In this document: positions 47,836 to 58,848 of the stretch, in pieces | How the letters are laid out: the number at the start of each line of letters is the position of its first letter | Numbering within the stretch: the first letter of the stretch is position 1 | Assembly: GCA_965203355.1 (NCBI GenBank) | Contig: OZ241889.1 | Location: 2,560,001 to 2,624,000 of the forward strand | DNA from: Candidatus Latescibacterota bacterium | GTDB lineage: Bacteria > Latescibacterota > UBA2968 > UBA8231 | DNA length: 64,000 nt | Direction: 5' to 3' | Program-made: the position numbers and the translations under genes | Notes under the pieces: generated by a model | Database searches by the model: none | What the model saw: only the letters and a program-made list of their open reading frames with translations | Told to the model about the DNA's origin: nothing

Positions 47836-49479
47836 CTATTTGAGCAAAGTCATTTTGCGGTGCAAGACCTTGTCGCCAGCGCGGAGGCGGTAGAAATACG
47901 CGCCAGCACTGAGGTCTGACGCATCCACCGAGACCGAGTAGGTACCAGCCATGCGCCACCCTTCGGCCAGCGTAGCGACCTGTTGGCCGAGGGCGTTGAA
48001 GAGAATCAGCTCGACGTGGCCGTCGGCCGGAATGGCGTAGGCGATGGTCGTGCTGGGGTTGAAGGGATTGGGGTAGTTTTGGTTGAGTGTGTACGCACTG
48101 GGTAGGGCGGCCGTCGCCGCCGATTCTGAGGCGACGACGGTTGCCATCTCGTTGGGCATGATACCGGCTGCCGCAAGGAAGGTCCAACCCGAGGTCCACA
48201 GTTGGCTACCGAAGGCACCCACGTAGGATACTTGGGTGTAGAAGCCGTCGTTGGGCATGGTGCCGCCGCTCCATGCCGGGCTGCCGGTTTGTGGACGCGG
48301 ATCCAAGCCGCCATCTTGGCTGCGAGAAATGCCAGTGAGCATTGGGTCGGTGACGTGGTTGTTGTGGGAAGAAAGGTGGTCGGCCGCGAACTGATCCGGG
48401 GCGATAGCGGCTAACTCATTGCCCACACCAAAGCCCCACCAGATGTTGTCGGCCAAGACGAGATCACCCGCTTCTAAACGCGCCCGGCTGTCTTCGCCCG
48501 AGTCCAAATCCTCAATATCGACGCCTTCACCGGCGAAATCGGTGAAGATGCTGTTGTGGTATTTGCCACCGGCATTGTCGCGGATCTTGAGTACCACGTC
48601 GTTGTCGCCGTTGCTGGAAAGTTCGCCGGAGCCGACGTAGGTGGCGTTGTAGATGGTGGGCGTAGCGTAGGGCATGCCGTCCTCGGGCGTGGTGCCGCCG
48701 TCGTGCTCACCCGCGCGGTTGCCGGTGTCGGCTGTCTGGATGGAAAACCAGAACTGGCCCTTGCCGCGAAAGCCTTCGTCGTAGTCAAAGGCGTCGTCGC
48801 CGTTGAACGCCGACACCAGATACTTGGTGTTGACCGTGCCGCCGAACCACTCAAAGCCATCGTCTTGGTTGTTGTACACCTCGACGTATTCGATGACCGT
48901 GCCGCTGCCAACGCCGCCCATGGTCAGGCCGTTGATTTCGTTGCCGGCGCCGATATCCGTGCCGCCGTGGCGGATGGAGACATAGCGAAAGACGCCCGAG
49001 TTGTCGCGGTCGTCGCTGCCGCCGTAGAGGCCGCGCGGCTCGGTGGTGGGAATGCCCTCAATGGGGGTTTCGCCCGGCTCGGAGTTCAGGCTAGCGCGGC
49101 CGAGGATGATGACACCGCCCCAGAGGCCGCGTGCGTCGAGCGGCAAGTCGTTGGGGTTGCTGACATCGTCGGCTTCGGCGGTGAAGATGATTGGCTTATC
49201 CGCCGTGCCTTCGGCAAAAATTTTGCCGCCGCGGGCGACGACGAGGGCGCTGGCATTTTCGCCTTGTCCCGGCTTGCCCTTGATAACGGTACCCGCGTGA
49301 ATCGTCAGCGAGGCTCCTTCGCTGACAAAAACCAGGCCGTTGAGTATGTACTCATGGTCCGCGGTCCATTCCACGCTACCGCCGACCGGAATATCGGCGG
49401 TGGTTACATCCATGGTGGCCGCTGAAGCAACGGCCGGTAGCAACGCGGTGCTGACCGCGAGCATTATCCTGCGAAGCAT
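47836..49479 (-). CDS. Secreted acidic beta-helix-like protein with a C-terminal sorting domain
   Basis: Signal peptide; LTIHAGTVI, GTADKPIIFT, WGGVII.G, EINGLT.GGVGSGT, DDGFEWFGGTV; QNYPNPFNP...KMTLLK. Confidence 0.8.
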   Translation of the reverse strand: MLRRIMLAVSTALLPAVASAATMDVTTADIPVGGSVEWTADHEYILNGLVFVSEGASLTIHAGTVIKGKPGQGENASALVVARGGKIFAEGTADKPIIFTAEADDVSNPNDLPLDARGLWGGVIILGRASLNSEPGETPIEGIPTTEPRGLYGGSDDRDNSGVFRYVSIRHGGTDIGAGNEINGLTMGGVGSGTVIEYVEVYNNQDDGFEWFGGTVNTKYLVSAFNGDDAFDYDEGFRGKGQFWFSIQTADTGNRAGEHDGGTTPEDGMPYATPTIYNATYVGSGELSSNGDNDVVLKIRDNAGGKYHNSIFTDFAGEGVDIEDLDSGEDSRARLEAGDLVLADNIWWGFGVGNELAAIAPDQFAADHLSSHNNHVTDPMLTGISRSQDGGLDPRPQTGSPAWSGGTMPNDGFYTQVSYVGAFGSQLWTSGWTFLAAAGIMPNEMATVVASESAATAALPSAYTLNQNYPNPFNPSTTIAYAIPADGHVELILFNALGQQVATLAEGWRMAGTYSVSVDASDLSAGAYFYRLRAGDKVLHRKMTLLK

Positions 49480-49564
49480 AGTATCCTCCTGACACTGGAA
49501 AAAGTAGTGGACGCCAGCGGTTCAAGTCGCCAGCGTCCACTATAAACGCATAAATCTGTACCAA

Positions 49565-49597
49565 TGATATGGCAGTAATGTGAATAGTTTGTTACAA
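49565..49597 (-). promoter_or_regulatory. Pho-box-like 11-bp direct repeats upstream of the beta-helix gene
   Basis: Minus strand TTGTAACAAAC TATTCACATTA CTGCCATATCA. Confidence 0.65.
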
Positions 49598-49601
49598 CGC
49601 C

Positions 49602-52499
49602 TCAGCGGTTGTAACGGACCGAAATCGAGAACGAACGGCCTTTGTAGTACTGGCTGGAGATGTAATCGGTGTCTTGGTAGCGATAGGCCTTTTCAAAGGA
49701 GGAATTGAGGAGGTTTTTGGCGCTGACCTTGATTTTGTACTCCTGCCACTGCTGCGAGAAGGTGCAGTCGAGGGTGCCGCGCACTTCCTCAAACACGTCC
49801 GGGGTCCCCCCGAGACTGACCTCGGCCAAGCGCCGGCCGAAGATGTTGTAGTAGATGCCGGCCGCCGTGCCGGTGGCGAAGTGGTCGTAGCTGAGATCGA
49901 GGTTGATCAAGAAGGGCGACTGGCCTTGGAGTTGGCGGGTGTCAGCGGCCTGTGGGTTGAGGGCTCGGCGCAACTTCAACTCGGTGGAGTCAATGTTGAC
50001 CTCAGAGCGGACCAAGGAGAGGTTGCCGCCAGCGTGGAAGTGCGCTAGCGGCGGCGCGAGGAATCCGAGGCCGTGCCGCGCCTCAAGCTCAATACCGGCC
50101 ACTTGGGCGGCTTTGACGTTCTGGAACTGGACCTCGCCGTTGACGGTGAGAATGACGCGCTCGATGGGATTTTTGAAGTCCTTGTAGAACACGCTGGCCG
50201 CATACAATTCGCCGGGGTTGCCAAAATGCTCCCAGCGCAAGTCGTAGTTGTCGATCAGGGTCCGCGCTAGATCGGCGTTGCCGATAAAGGTGAAGCCGCC
50301 GACGAAGCTAAACGAGGCAAATGGAGCCAGTTCGCGGAAGGTGGGGCGGGCGAGTGTGCGGCCGTAGGAGGCGCGCAGGTTCATGCCGGGGCGAATCGCC
50401 CAGACGGCGTTGAGCGAAGGCAAAAGGTCGTTTTCAGCGAGCTGGCCCGGGGTCTTGGTCGAATCTTGGCTGGCCACGTCAATGCGCGTGGCTTCGAGCC
50501 GGGTACCGCCCACGAAGCGCAGTTGGGGGTGGATGGGCAATTCGAGCATGGCGTAGCCAGCATAGATTTGCTGATCGCCGTCAAAATTGCTCGAAAGCTG
50601 GGTGGCATCTTGGACGTAGGAGCCGAAGCGGTAGTGCCGCCCATTGCGGCTGATTAGCCCGACCTTGTCGGCGGCGAAAAAGGAGTTGGGCTGGCCGTCG
50701 TAGTTGATGGCGTCTTGGCCAAATTCGTAGCGCCGCTCGCGAAAGGTGCGCGCTTTGTCCAGTGCCAAGAAGCCGGTTTTGAAATGGCTGTTGATCCCCT
50801 GCCATTGCTTGAAAGGGAAGGTCAGGTTGAGTTGGAATTCGCGGTTGCTCTCGTCGAGGTCGCGGAAGTAGCGAGTCGGCAGCGGATAAATCGAAGGGGA
50901 GATCGAGTAGTCGACGATGTCGCCCCGCCGGACGTTGCCTTCGGCATCGCGCAGGACCTCGCCGTTTTCATCGCGCAGCGGGCGGTTGGTGAGGGTTACG
51001 TGGTTATTGGTAAAAAACCGCAGGTCAGGCTCTTCTTGGGCCGAAGCAGAAGTCGATGCCGTCCATTCGGCCCGCAGGTCGCGCAAGCCGTCAAAGTGGT
51101 GTTTGCCCGCCGCTTGCAGCGATTGGATTTGGCGCTCAGTGAACTTCAAAACGCGCGTCTCGTATATGGCGTCCTCTTCGAGGTCGCGGGGGAATGCACC
51201 GGCTAGGTAGCGGGCGACGTCTTCGCTGTTGCGGTTGTACATGTTGGTGACCGACAACTCGTGCTTGGGGGTTGGCTTGAGAGACAAGGTAACGAGACTA
51301 CCCCAAGCGATTTCCTGTGCCCCTCGGGCGTCGGCGAGATTGAAATTATTGGTCAGGGTGCTGGCCTCCTTACTGGTAAGCTGCCAGCGGGCCGAGGTGC
51401 CGTTGTCGTAAAAGGAGGAGGAGTTGCTGTAGGTCAGGGTGCCGAGAAAGCCAAGGGGTTTGTCCAAGAGCGAGACTTGATTGCCCACGGCGACCGAATA
51501 GCTCTGGTTCAGGGGGGCGGTCGTGGTGGTCGGGGCCATGACCGAGGAGAACGACTTGGAATACTCATCGAGCTGGCGGGCCTTTTCCTCGTCGTTGTAC
51601 GCGGCCCCCACATCGGGGATTGCTACGTCGTTGTTGGCCAAGGCCGCGGGGATTTCTCGGGTTCCGTCATCGACTCCGATCCAATCGAGTCCACCGCCCT
51701 CGTAGGTGAGAAACTGGTCGTTGAACGAGCTCTGGGTGTTGAACTTGGTCGAGGCCGAAACGGAAAGGGTGAAGTTATCCGGGAACGCCTTGGTGCCGAT
51801 GTTGATGGCCCCACCGGTGAAATCGCCGGGCTTGTCCGGGGTAAAACTCTTGGTGGTGACGATGTTGTCCAAGAGCGAAGTGGGAAAGAGATCCATGGGG
51901 ACGGAGCGCTTGTCTGGGTCGGCGTTGGGAAGCGAGGACCCGTTGAGCTGGACCGAGCTATAGCGATCCCCTAAACCGCGAATATAGACGTATTTACCCT
52001 CCACCACCGAGGCGCCCGTTACATGGGACATGGCCTCGGCGGCGTCGCCGCTGCCGGCGCGCGCAATCTCTTCTGCGCTGATCGCATCGCTGACAGCCGG
52101 GGCTTTTTGACGCTCCTTGAGCAGGGCAGCACCGGTATTGCGCAGCGCCTTGGCCTCGACGACGACCTCGTCGTCCAGTTCTAGGGCCTCGGGCACGAGG
52201 GCGATGTTCAGCTTGGCGACCGCCCGGTCTTGGACTTCAATGCCGATAATCGACGCATCCTGATAGCCGATCATCGAACTGGCCAGCACATAGGTCCCGA
52301 CCGGGACGTCGAAAAGCTGAAACCGACCCTCAACATCGCAGGTCGTGCCAAGTTGAGTGCCTTCTAGCAAGACGATCGCCCCCACGAGCGGGTCGCCGGT
52401 CTGGCTATCGACCACCGCGCCGGATAGGGTGCCGGTCTGAGCGAGGGTGGGGTGTGCAAGGGCCACGAGGACGCAGCAGGTGCCAATAAAGTGCCTCAT
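49602..52499 (-). CDS. TonB-dependent receptor with an N-terminal carboxypeptidase-regulatory-like domain
   Basis: GTLSGAVVDSQTGDPLVGA, plug IRGLGDRY, ARPTFRELAP, NLLN, terminal beta strand. Confidence 0.92.
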   Translation of the reverse strand: MRHFIGTCCVLVALAHPTLAQTGTLSGAVVDSQTGDPLVGAIVLLEGTQLGTTCDVEGRFQLFDVPVGTYVLASSMIGYQDASIIGIEVQDRAVAKLNIALVPEALELDDEVVVEAKALRNTGAALLKERQKAPAVSDAISAEEIARAGSGDAAEAMSHVTGASVVEGKYVYIRGLGDRYSSVQLNGSSLPNADPDKRSVPMDLFPTSLLDNIVTTKSFTPDKPGDFTGGAINIGTKAFPDNFTLSVSASTKFNTQSSFNDQFLTYEGGGLDWIGVDDGTREIPAALANNDVAIPDVGAAYNDEEKARQLDEYSKSFSSVMAPTTTTAPLNQSYSVAVGNQVSLLDKPLGFLGTLTYSNSSSFYDNGTSARWQLTSKEASTLTNNFNLADARGAQEIAWGSLVTLSLKPTPKHELSVTNMYNRNSEDVARYLAGAFPRDLEEDAIYETRVLKFTERQIQSLQAAGKHHFDGLRDLRAEWTASTSASAQEEPDLRFFTNNHVTLTNRPLRDENGEVLRDAEGNVRRGDIVDYSISPSIYPLPTRYFRDLDESNREFQLNLTFPFKQWQGINSHFKTGFLALDKARTFRERRYEFGQDAINYDGQPNSFFAADKVGLISRNGRHYRFGSYVQDATQLSSNFDGDQQIYAGYAMLELPIHPQLRFVGGTRLEATRIDVASQDSTKTPGQLAENDLLPSLNAVWAIRPGMNLRASYGRTLARPTFRELAPFASFSFVGGFTFIGNADLARTLIDNYDLRWEHFGNPGELYAASVFYKDFKNPIERVILTVNGEVQFQNVKAAQVAGIELEARHGLGFLAPPLAHFHAGGNLSLVRSEVNIDSTELKLRRALNPQAADTRQLQGQSPFLINLDLSYDHFATGTAAGIYYNIFGRRLAEVSLGGTPDVFEEVRGTLDCTFSQQWQEYKIKVSAKNLLNSSFEKAYRYQDTDYISSQYYKGRSFSISVRYNR

Positions 52500-52559
52500 A
52501 AGGTGAAAGCCTCCCTTGGAGATGGGGATGTTCAAACGTATAAAAGGTAGGATCGCCTT

Positions 52560-52588
52560 GTTGACGAAGCGTTACACAAATGTTACGA
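52560..52588 (-). promoter_or_regulatory. Pho-box-like repeats upstream of the TonB receptor
   Basis: Plus strand GTTGAC, GTTACA, GTTACG at 52560, 52571, 52582 (11-bp period). Confidence 0.6.
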
Positions 52589-52660
52589 TTTGGCGGCGGA
52601 ATGCAGCAAAAGCCAGCTCAATAATTAGACTTACATCAGGTTTTTAACCTAAAACATCGT

Positions 52661-52702
52661 ACGTAACCCATACTTCACCCGCATGACACGCGAGTGTAAC
52701 AA
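52661..52702 (+). promoter_or_regulatory. Pho-box-like repeats upstream of pstS
   Basis: GTAAC, TTCAC, GACAC, GTAAC at 52663, 52674, 52685, 52696. Confidence 0.65.
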
Positions 52703-52749
52703 AAGGCGTGTAAACTGTTACAATCCCATAGGTGTCTGGAGGACGCAAA

Positions 52750-53712
52750 ATGGCGAAAACGTGGATACCGGTACTGAGCGTCTTTGCGCTGGTCGCCCAC
52801 GCCCAGACCATGGCGGTTGACGAGCGGATCTCGCCTTACGAGAAGGTCCGTGGCATAGCGGGCAACGCCAGCAGTATCGGCTCGGATTCCATGAATAATA
52901 CGATGGCCCTGTGGTTGGAGGCTTTTCGCAAATACTATCCCAACGTCAAGATCCAAATCGAGGGCAAAGGTTCGAGCACCGCACCGCCCGCCCTGATCGA
53001 AGGCACGGCGCAGTTCGGGCCGATGTCGCGGCCCATGAAGTCGAGCGAGGAAGACCAATTCGACCGCGCCTTTGGCTATAAACCGACGCCCTTGCGGGCG
53101 GCGCTCGACGCGCTGGCCGTTTTCGTCAACAAGGACAATCCCATCGCGGGCCTGACCCTGCCGCAGGTCGATGCGATCTTCTCCAAGACTCGGCGCGGCG
53201 AGTTTCCCGCCGACATCGCGTCTTGGGGGCAGTTGGGGCTTGGTGGCGATTGGGCCAAGGCCCGTATTAGCCTCTACGGCCGCAACTCGGCCTCGGGCAC
53301 CTATGGCTTTTTCAAAAAGCAGGCCCTGTTCCAAGGCGACTATAAGGACGAAGTCAAAGAGCAACCCGGGTCGGCGTCCGTCGTCCAAGGAGTTACTGAA
53401 GATCGCTTTGCCGTGGGCTACAGTGGCATTGGCTATCAGACCTCTGGCGTGCGCATCGTGCCCTTGGCCAAGGCCGCGGGACAGGAGTTTGAGCAAGGCT
53501 CCATGGCAAACGTACTGAGCGGCTCCTATCCCCTGGGACGCTTCCTATACATTTATATAAACAAGGCCCCCGGCCAAGCCATAGACCCGCTAGTGCGGGC
53601 GTTCTGCACGTTTATTTTTTCTAAAGAAGGCCAACAAATTGTCGTCAAAGACGGCTTTATGCCCGTGCCGTTTGAGGTGGCCCAAGCCGAAGTGGCCAAA
53701 TTGGACCGCTAA
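52750..53712 (+). CDS. pstS: Phosphate ABC transporter substrate-binding protein
   Basis: GSDSM, EGKGSSTA, MSRPMK, GRNSASGTY, YPLGRFLYIY. Confidence 0.95.
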   Translation: MAKTWIPVLSVFALVAHAQTMAVDERISPYEKVRGIAGNASSIGSDSMNNTMALWLEAFRKYYPNVKIQIEGKGSSTAPPALIEGTAQFGPMSRPMKSSEEDQFDRAFGYKPTPLRAALDALAVFVNKDNPIAGLTLPQVDAIFSKTRRGEFPADIASWGQLGLGGDWAKARISLYGRNSASGTYGFFKKQALFQGDYKDEVKEQPGSASVVQGVTEDRFAVGYSGIGYQTSGVRIVPLAKAAGQEFEQGSMANVLSGSYPLGRFLYIYINKAPGQAIDPLVRAFCTFIFSKEGQQIVVKDGFMPVPFEVAQAEVAKLDR

Positions 53713-53724
53713 GAGCGCGGCCTC

Positions 53725-55917
53725 GTGAGCGACAAGCCATACAAACGAGGGGCCTCGCCCCGGGCGCGAATCATCGACTGGCTGGCTGGGCGCTTCATCT
53801 GCTTTGGTGGCATTGGCATTGTCGCCGCCGTCTTGGGGATATTCTTCTTTGTCCTGGCCGAGGCTTGGCCCCTATTCCGCGGCCCACAACTCAAGCCAGA
53901 AAAAGCACACCCAGTGTCCGGCCCATTTGCCATTGGACTCGACCCCTACTACCAGACCGCCTATGCCGTCGGCCCGCAGGGGGTGGATTTGTTGCGGTTG
54001 GACGATGGCCAAGTCTTCCGCCACGAGCGGCCGGCCGAGTTGGCTGGCCGCGAGATAACGGGGGCACAGCGCGGGCCAAACGATGTTTTGGTGCTAGGAA
54101 CGGACGACGGGCACTTGTTGTTGGCGCAGGTCCATTTCCACCTCGATTACAGCCGGGGCCAGCGTCAGGTGGTGCCGCAGTTTGCCGTTGAGCGTCTGGT
54201 TGCGGTTGATCCGTTGGGCGAGCCGCTGGTGCAGGTGGCCTGGCGGGAAGGGGACGACGGTCGCTCGGCCGCGGCGGCGATTACGGCGAGTGGTCGCTTG
54301 GTGGTGCAGGAGGCCGCGCGGCCGGGTCTGTTGGGGATGGGCGAGCAGTACGATCTAACTGCCGCCCTCGACGGAAAGGCCACTCAGGTGCTGATCGACA
54401 GCCGCATTCGCCAAGTGCTAGTGGGAACGGATCAAGGGCAGGTGTACGAGTGGGCCTTGGGCCCTGTGGAGCAAGCTCCTGTGTTGGCCGGGCGCATTGC
54501 CGTCGCGGAAGGCGCCGTTTCGGCCTTGGCGTACGCGCTAGGCGAGATTTCGCTGGTCGTCGGCGATGCGGCCGGCCACGTCAGCACGTGGTTTAAGGTC
54601 GAGGTGGCCGGGCAGCGGTCGTATCGCAAAATCCATGCTTTTGCTTCCCATACAGCGGCCGTTACCCACATTGCCGCCTCGGTACGCAACAAGCAGTTTC
54701 TCACGGCGGATGCCGAGGGGACCATTGCCCTGCACCACCTGACTTCCGCGCAGACCGCTTTCCAGCGGCCGGGCAACGCCCCGGTGACAGCGTTGGTCTT
54801 TGCGCCCAAGGCCGACGGATTTTTGGCCCTCCACCAAGATGGGTGGTTGCAGCGCTTTGTCCTCGACCATCCCCATCCCGAAATCAGCGCGGCCGTGCTA
54901 TTGGCCCCCATTTGGTACGAGGGGTACCCGGGCCGCGAATACGTATGGCAGTCCACGGGCGGCACGGACGAGTTTGAGCCTAAGCTCAGCTTGGTTCCGC
55001 TGATTTTGGGCACGGCCAAGGGCACGCTCTACGCCCTGCTCTTTGCGTTGCCGTTGGCCGTTTTAGCGGCGATGTACACGGCCGAATTTGCCTCGCCGCG
55101 CGTGCAGGGCTTGGTCAAGCCAGCCGTGGAAGTCATGGCTTCGGTGCCGAGCGTTATCTTGGGCTTTCTCGCTGGCTTTTGGCTGGCTCCCCTGCTCGAA
55201 TCGCACTTGTTGGGGAGCTTGCTGCTGCTGCCGACGGTGCCAGCCGTGATCATAGCCGCGGCTTGGGGCTGGCAATATGCTCCAGCGGCTTGGGTGCGCC
55301 CAGTGGCGTGGGTGGGGGAGGGGTACTTGCTCGGCGCGGTGACCTTGCTCGCCATTGGGTTGGCATACGCGCTGGGGCCAGTTTTTGAGGAGCTGGCCTT
55401 TGACGGGCACTTCTTGGGTTGGCTACAGCAAGACGCCGACGTGGCCTACGATCAGCGCAACGGCTTGGTCGTAGGCGTTGCCCTGGGCTTTGCCGTCATT
55501 CCGCTGGTCTTCACCATCTGCGAGGACGCTTTTTCAAGTGTACCCCGTCATTTGCGCGCCGGCTCGCTGGCCTTGGGTGCCACGCCTTGGCAGACGGCGA
55601 TCAAGGTGGTGTTGCCCATGGCTTTACCGGGCATTTTCTCGGCGGCCATGATCGGCCTCGGCCGCGCCGCTGGCGAAACCATGATCGTGCTGATGGCCAC
55701 AGGCAATACCCCGATTATGGACTGGAACATTTTTAACGGCATGCGCACCATCGCGGCCAATATCGCCGTGGAGCTGCCCGAAGCGCCGCACCAAGGTACG
55801 CTCTATCGAGTGCTTTTCCTCAGTGGCTTGGTGCTGTTTGTGGTCACCTTCTGCATCAATTCGCTGGCCGAGGTCGTGCGGCAACGCTTGCGGGATAAAT
55901 ACAATCAACTGGGATGA
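53725..55917 (+). CDS. pstC: Phosphate ABC permease PstC with a large periplasmic beta-propeller-like insert
   Basis: EVMASVPSVILG, AGSLALGATPWQT, GRAAGETMIV. Confidence 0.92.
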   Translation: MSDKPYKRGASPRARIIDWLAGRFICFGGIGIVAAVLGIFFFVLAEAWPLFRGPQLKPEKAHPVSGPFAIGLDPYYQTAYAVGPQGVDLLRLDDGQVFRHERPAELAGREITGAQRGPNDVLVLGTDDGHLLLAQVHFHLDYSRGQRQVVPQFAVERLVAVDPLGEPLVQVAWREGDDGRSAAAAITASGRLVVQEAARPGLLGMGEQYDLTAALDGKATQVLIDSRIRQVLVGTDQGQVYEWALGPVEQAPVLAGRIAVAEGAVSALAYALGEISLVVGDAAGHVSTWFKVEVAGQRSYRKIHAFASHTAAVTHIAASVRNKQFLTADAEGTIALHHLTSAQTAFQRPGNAPVTALVFAPKADGFLALHQDGWLQRFVLDHPHPEISAAVLLAPIWYEGYPGREYVWQSTGGTDEFEPKLSLVPLILGTAKGTLYALLFALPLAVLAAMYTAEFASPRVQGLVKPAVEVMASVPSVILGFLAGFWLAPLLESHLLGSLLLLPTVPAVIIAAAWGWQYAPAAWVRPVAWVGEGYLLGAVTLLAIGLAYALGPVFEELAFDGHFLGWLQQDADVAYDQRNGLVVGVALGFAVIPLVFTICEDAFSSVPRHLRAGSLALGATPWQTAIKVVLPMALPGIFSAAMIGLGRAAGETMIVLMATGNTPIMDWNIFNGMRTIAANIAVELPEAPHQGTLYRVLFLSGLVLFVVTFCINSLAEVVRQRLRDKYNQLG

Positions 55918-57317
55918 AATTTTGGCGTCGGGGCGACCCTTTTATCTGGCTTACGGGTGGGGCGTTGGCCCTGTGCTTGGCGCTGATCGCCGGCTTGGTG
56001 GGGATTATTGCCTATTGCGGCGCGGGCGCGTTCTGGCCGCAGGATTTGATCCTATTGCGCCTCAAGGACGGCCAGCAAGTCTTGGGCAAGCTGATGGCTC
56101 GACAGCCCATTCCCGGGGCCACAGGGTACTATCGAGTGCAGCTAAAAGTCGGCAACCGCGATGTGTACGGCCAGGACTTTCGCTGGGTGGATGAGGCCGA
56201 GATTGCCGAGCGTCAAACGCCCGCCGCGGCCGTGGTCTTTGAGCGGGTCGAGTGGGGGGATCTGCACGGCTTTATCACGGCCTTGTACGAAGAGGAGCGG
56301 CTGCTGGCCACCGGGGAAGGGGTTTGGGCGGTTTTACAAGGGTTGATGGAGCGTGGACTGGACGAGGGCTGGGAGGTGGAGGTCGCGCTGGCCGGTGGCG
56401 TGCCGCGCCGCGTCGCTGTCGCCGCTATCGTCCGCGCCTATCGCCCCAATTTGATGGGCACGGGAGCCAAGGTGCAGACCTATCTAGCCAAGGGCTGGGA
56501 GTTTGTGGCGGGCGAGCCGCGCGAGTCCAACACGGAGGGTGGCGTATTTCCCGCGCTCTTTGGCATGGTGATGATGGTGATGCTGATGAGCTTGGCGGCC
56601 GTGCCCTTCGGGATTCTAGCGGCACTCTACCTGCGCGAGTACGCCCGGCAGGGCTTTTGGGTGCGCCTCGTCCGCATTGCGGTCAACAACTTGGCGGGGG
56701 TGCCTTCCATTGTCTTCGGCATGTTCGGGCTGGGCTTTTTCGTGTACGGCATTGGCGGTAGCATTGACCAGCTCTTTTACGCGGACGCCCTGCCAACGCC
56801 TACTTATGGCACCGGCGGCATTCTCTGGGCCTCGCTGACCTTAGCCCTGCTGACGGTGCCCGTTGTCATCGTTGCCACCGAGGAGGGCTTGGCGGCCGTG
56901 CCCGGGGCCATGCGCGAAGGGGCGCTGGCGTTGGGGGCCACCAAGTTTCAAATGATTTGGCGCGTGGTTTTGCCCAGTGCGCTGCCGGGCATTCTCACCG
57001 GGGTTATCTTGGCCACGGCGCGCGGAGCCGGTGAGGTCGCGCCGCTTATGATCACCGGCGTCGTCAAGCTGGCCCCGGATTTACCGCTCGATACGCTGGC
57101 CCCGTTTTTTCACCTAGAGCGCAAGTTCATGCACTTGGGCTTTCACATCTACGACGTGGGCTTTCAGTCGCCCAATGTGGAGGCGGCTCGGCCCATGGTG
57201 TACACCACGGCTCTGCTGCTGTTGGCGATTGTGCTGCTGATGAATTTGACGGCGATTGTCGTCCGCAATAAACTGCGCCGACAGTACGCTACTTCGGGCC
57301 TTTTAGGGATGCTATGA
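55914..57317 (+). CDS. pstA: Phosphate ABC permease PstA
   Basis: [35 protein letters not shown]. Confidence 0.94.
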   Translation: MKFWRRGDPFIWLTGGALALCLALIAGLVGIIAYCGAGAFWPQDLILLRLKDGQQVLGKLMARQPIPGATGYYRVQLKVGNRDVYGQDFRWVDEAEIAERQTPAAAVVFERVEWGDLHGFITALYEEERLLATGEGVWAVLQGLMERGLDEGWEVEVALAGGVPRRVAVAAIVRAYRPNLMGTGAKVQTYLAKGWEFVAGEPRESNTEGGVFPALFGMVMMVMLMSLAAVPFGILAALYLREYARQGFWVRLVRIAVNNLAGVPSIVFGMFGLGFFVYGIGGSIDQLFYADALPTPTYGTGGILWASLTLALLTVPVVIVATEEGLAAVPGAMREGALALGATKFQMIWRVVLPSALPGILTGVILATARGAGEVAPLMITGVVKLAPDLPLDTLAPFFHLERKFMHLGFHIYDVGFQSPNVEAARPMVYTTALLLLAIVLLMNLTAIVVRNKLRRQYATSGLLGML

Positions 57318-58144
57318 GCAAGACGACCGCCCCCCTAACCGAAGACCGCACCGGCGCTACTGTTCGGGAAGCCATGGCTCCGACCCAGGCCAACGCCATC
57401 GTCGAAATGGAAGACCTGAGCGTGTTCTACGGCGATACACAAGTCTTGCACGACATCAATCTGTGCATTCCCGGGCGCGAGGTGACCGCGTTCATCGGAC
57501 CTTCGGGCTGCGGCAAATCGACGCTCTTGCGCTGCCTCAATCGCCTCAACGACTTGATCGAATCCGCGCGCATTGAAGGCGAGGTGCGAGTGGGGGGCCG
57601 CGACATTTACGCGCCCGACTGCGATGTGATCGACTTGCGGCGGCGGGTCGGCATGGTATTCCAAAAACCCAATCCCTTCCCCAAATCCATCTACGAGAAC
57701 GCAGCCTATGGCTTGCGCGTTGCTGGAGAAAATCGCCGCTGGGTCCTCGACGAGGTCGTCGAGAAGAGCCTGAGAGCCGCGGCCCTGTGGGACGAGGTCA
57801 AGGACCGGCTCAAGGACAATGCGTTGAGCTTGTCCGGCGGCCAACAGCAGCGGCTGTGCATTGCGCGCACCCTGGCTGTCGAGCCCGAGGTGGTGCTGAT
57901 GGACGAGCCGTGTTCAGCGCTGGATCCGATTGCCACCGCACGGGTCGAGGAGATGATCGCCGAGTTAAAGGCCGATTACACCATCGTCGTCGTCACGCAC
58001 AATCTGCAACAAGCGGCGCGGATTTCGACCTATACGGCCTTTTACAATCTAGGCACCTTGATCGAATTCAGTCAGACCGAAGTCCTGTTCACCAATCCCC
58101 GTAGCAAACAGACCGAAGATTACGTAACCGGCCGTTTTGGCTGA
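57314..58144 (+). CDS. pstB: Phosphate ABC ATPase
   Basis: [39 protein letters not shown]. Confidence 0.97.
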   Translation: MSKTTAPLTEDRTGATVREAMAPTQANAIVEMEDLSVFYGDTQVLHDINLCIPGREVTAFIGPSGCGKSTLLRCLNRLNDLIESARIEGEVRVGGRDIYAPDCDVIDLRRRVGMVFQKPNPFPKSIYENAAYGLRVAGENRRWVLDEVVEKSLRAAALWDEVKDRLKDNALSLSGGQQQRLCIARTLAVEPEVVLMDEPCSALDPIATARVEEMIAELKADYTIVVVTHNLQQAARISTYTAFYNLGTLIEFSQTEVLFTNPRSKQTEDYVTGRFG

Positions 58145-58158
58145 GGCCGCAAGGAGCC

Positions 58159-58848
58159 ATGGAAAGAAAATTCGACCAGCAACTAGACGGCCTCAAACAA
58201 GATTTACTAAAAATGGGAGGGGCCGTTGAAGAGTCCATTGGGCAGGCTGTGTGCGCCCTCGTGGACCGCAACGACGCGCTAGTGCAGGCCGTTATTGAAG
58301 GCGGCAAGAAGATCGACGATTGGGAAATCGGCATTGAGGAGACTTGTCTAAAGATATTTGCGACCCAAGGGCCGATGGCACGCGACCTGCGGCTGTTGGC
58401 CTGTACGCTGAAAATCAACGAAGACCTAGAGCGGATCAACGACGAAGCCGTCAACATCGCCCAGCGCGCCGCAGTACTCAACAAGCTGCCACTCCTCAAG
58501 CCGCTGATCGACATACCGAGGATGTCCGAACTGGCCCAGCGTATGGTCAAGGATGCCCTCGATGCGTTTGTGCGCCGCGATGTGGAACTGGCCCGCGACG
58601 TTGGTCAGCGCGACGAAGAACTCGACCTGTTGCGCGACCAGATTTTTCGCGAACTGCTCACGTACATGCACACCCCGTCGCTTGGGCCGGACCCTATCGA
58701 CCGCGGCATCTACCTGATCTTGGTGTCGCGGCACCTCGAAAGGATTGGCGATCACGCCTCTAACATTGCCGAGAACGTAGTGTTCCTCGTCGAAGGGCGC
58801 ATCGTGCGGCACCAAAAGGAAAACTGGTGGGAGGAAAACGACTCGTGA
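58159..58848 (+). CDS. phoU: Phosphate signalling protein PhoU
   Basis: QGPMARDLR, DLERINDEAVNIA, HLERIGDHASNIAE. Confidence 0.96.
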   Translation: MERKFDQQLDGLKQDLLKMGGAVEESIGQAVCALVDRNDALVQAVIEGGKKIDDWEIGIEETCLKIFATQGPMARDLRLLACTLKINEDLERINDEAVNIAQRAAVLNKLPLLKPLIDIPRMSELAQRMVKDALDAFVRRDVELARDVGQRDEELDLLRDQIFRELLTYMHTPSLGPDPIDRGIYLILVSRHLERIGDHASNIAENVVFLVEGRIVRHQKENWWEENDS

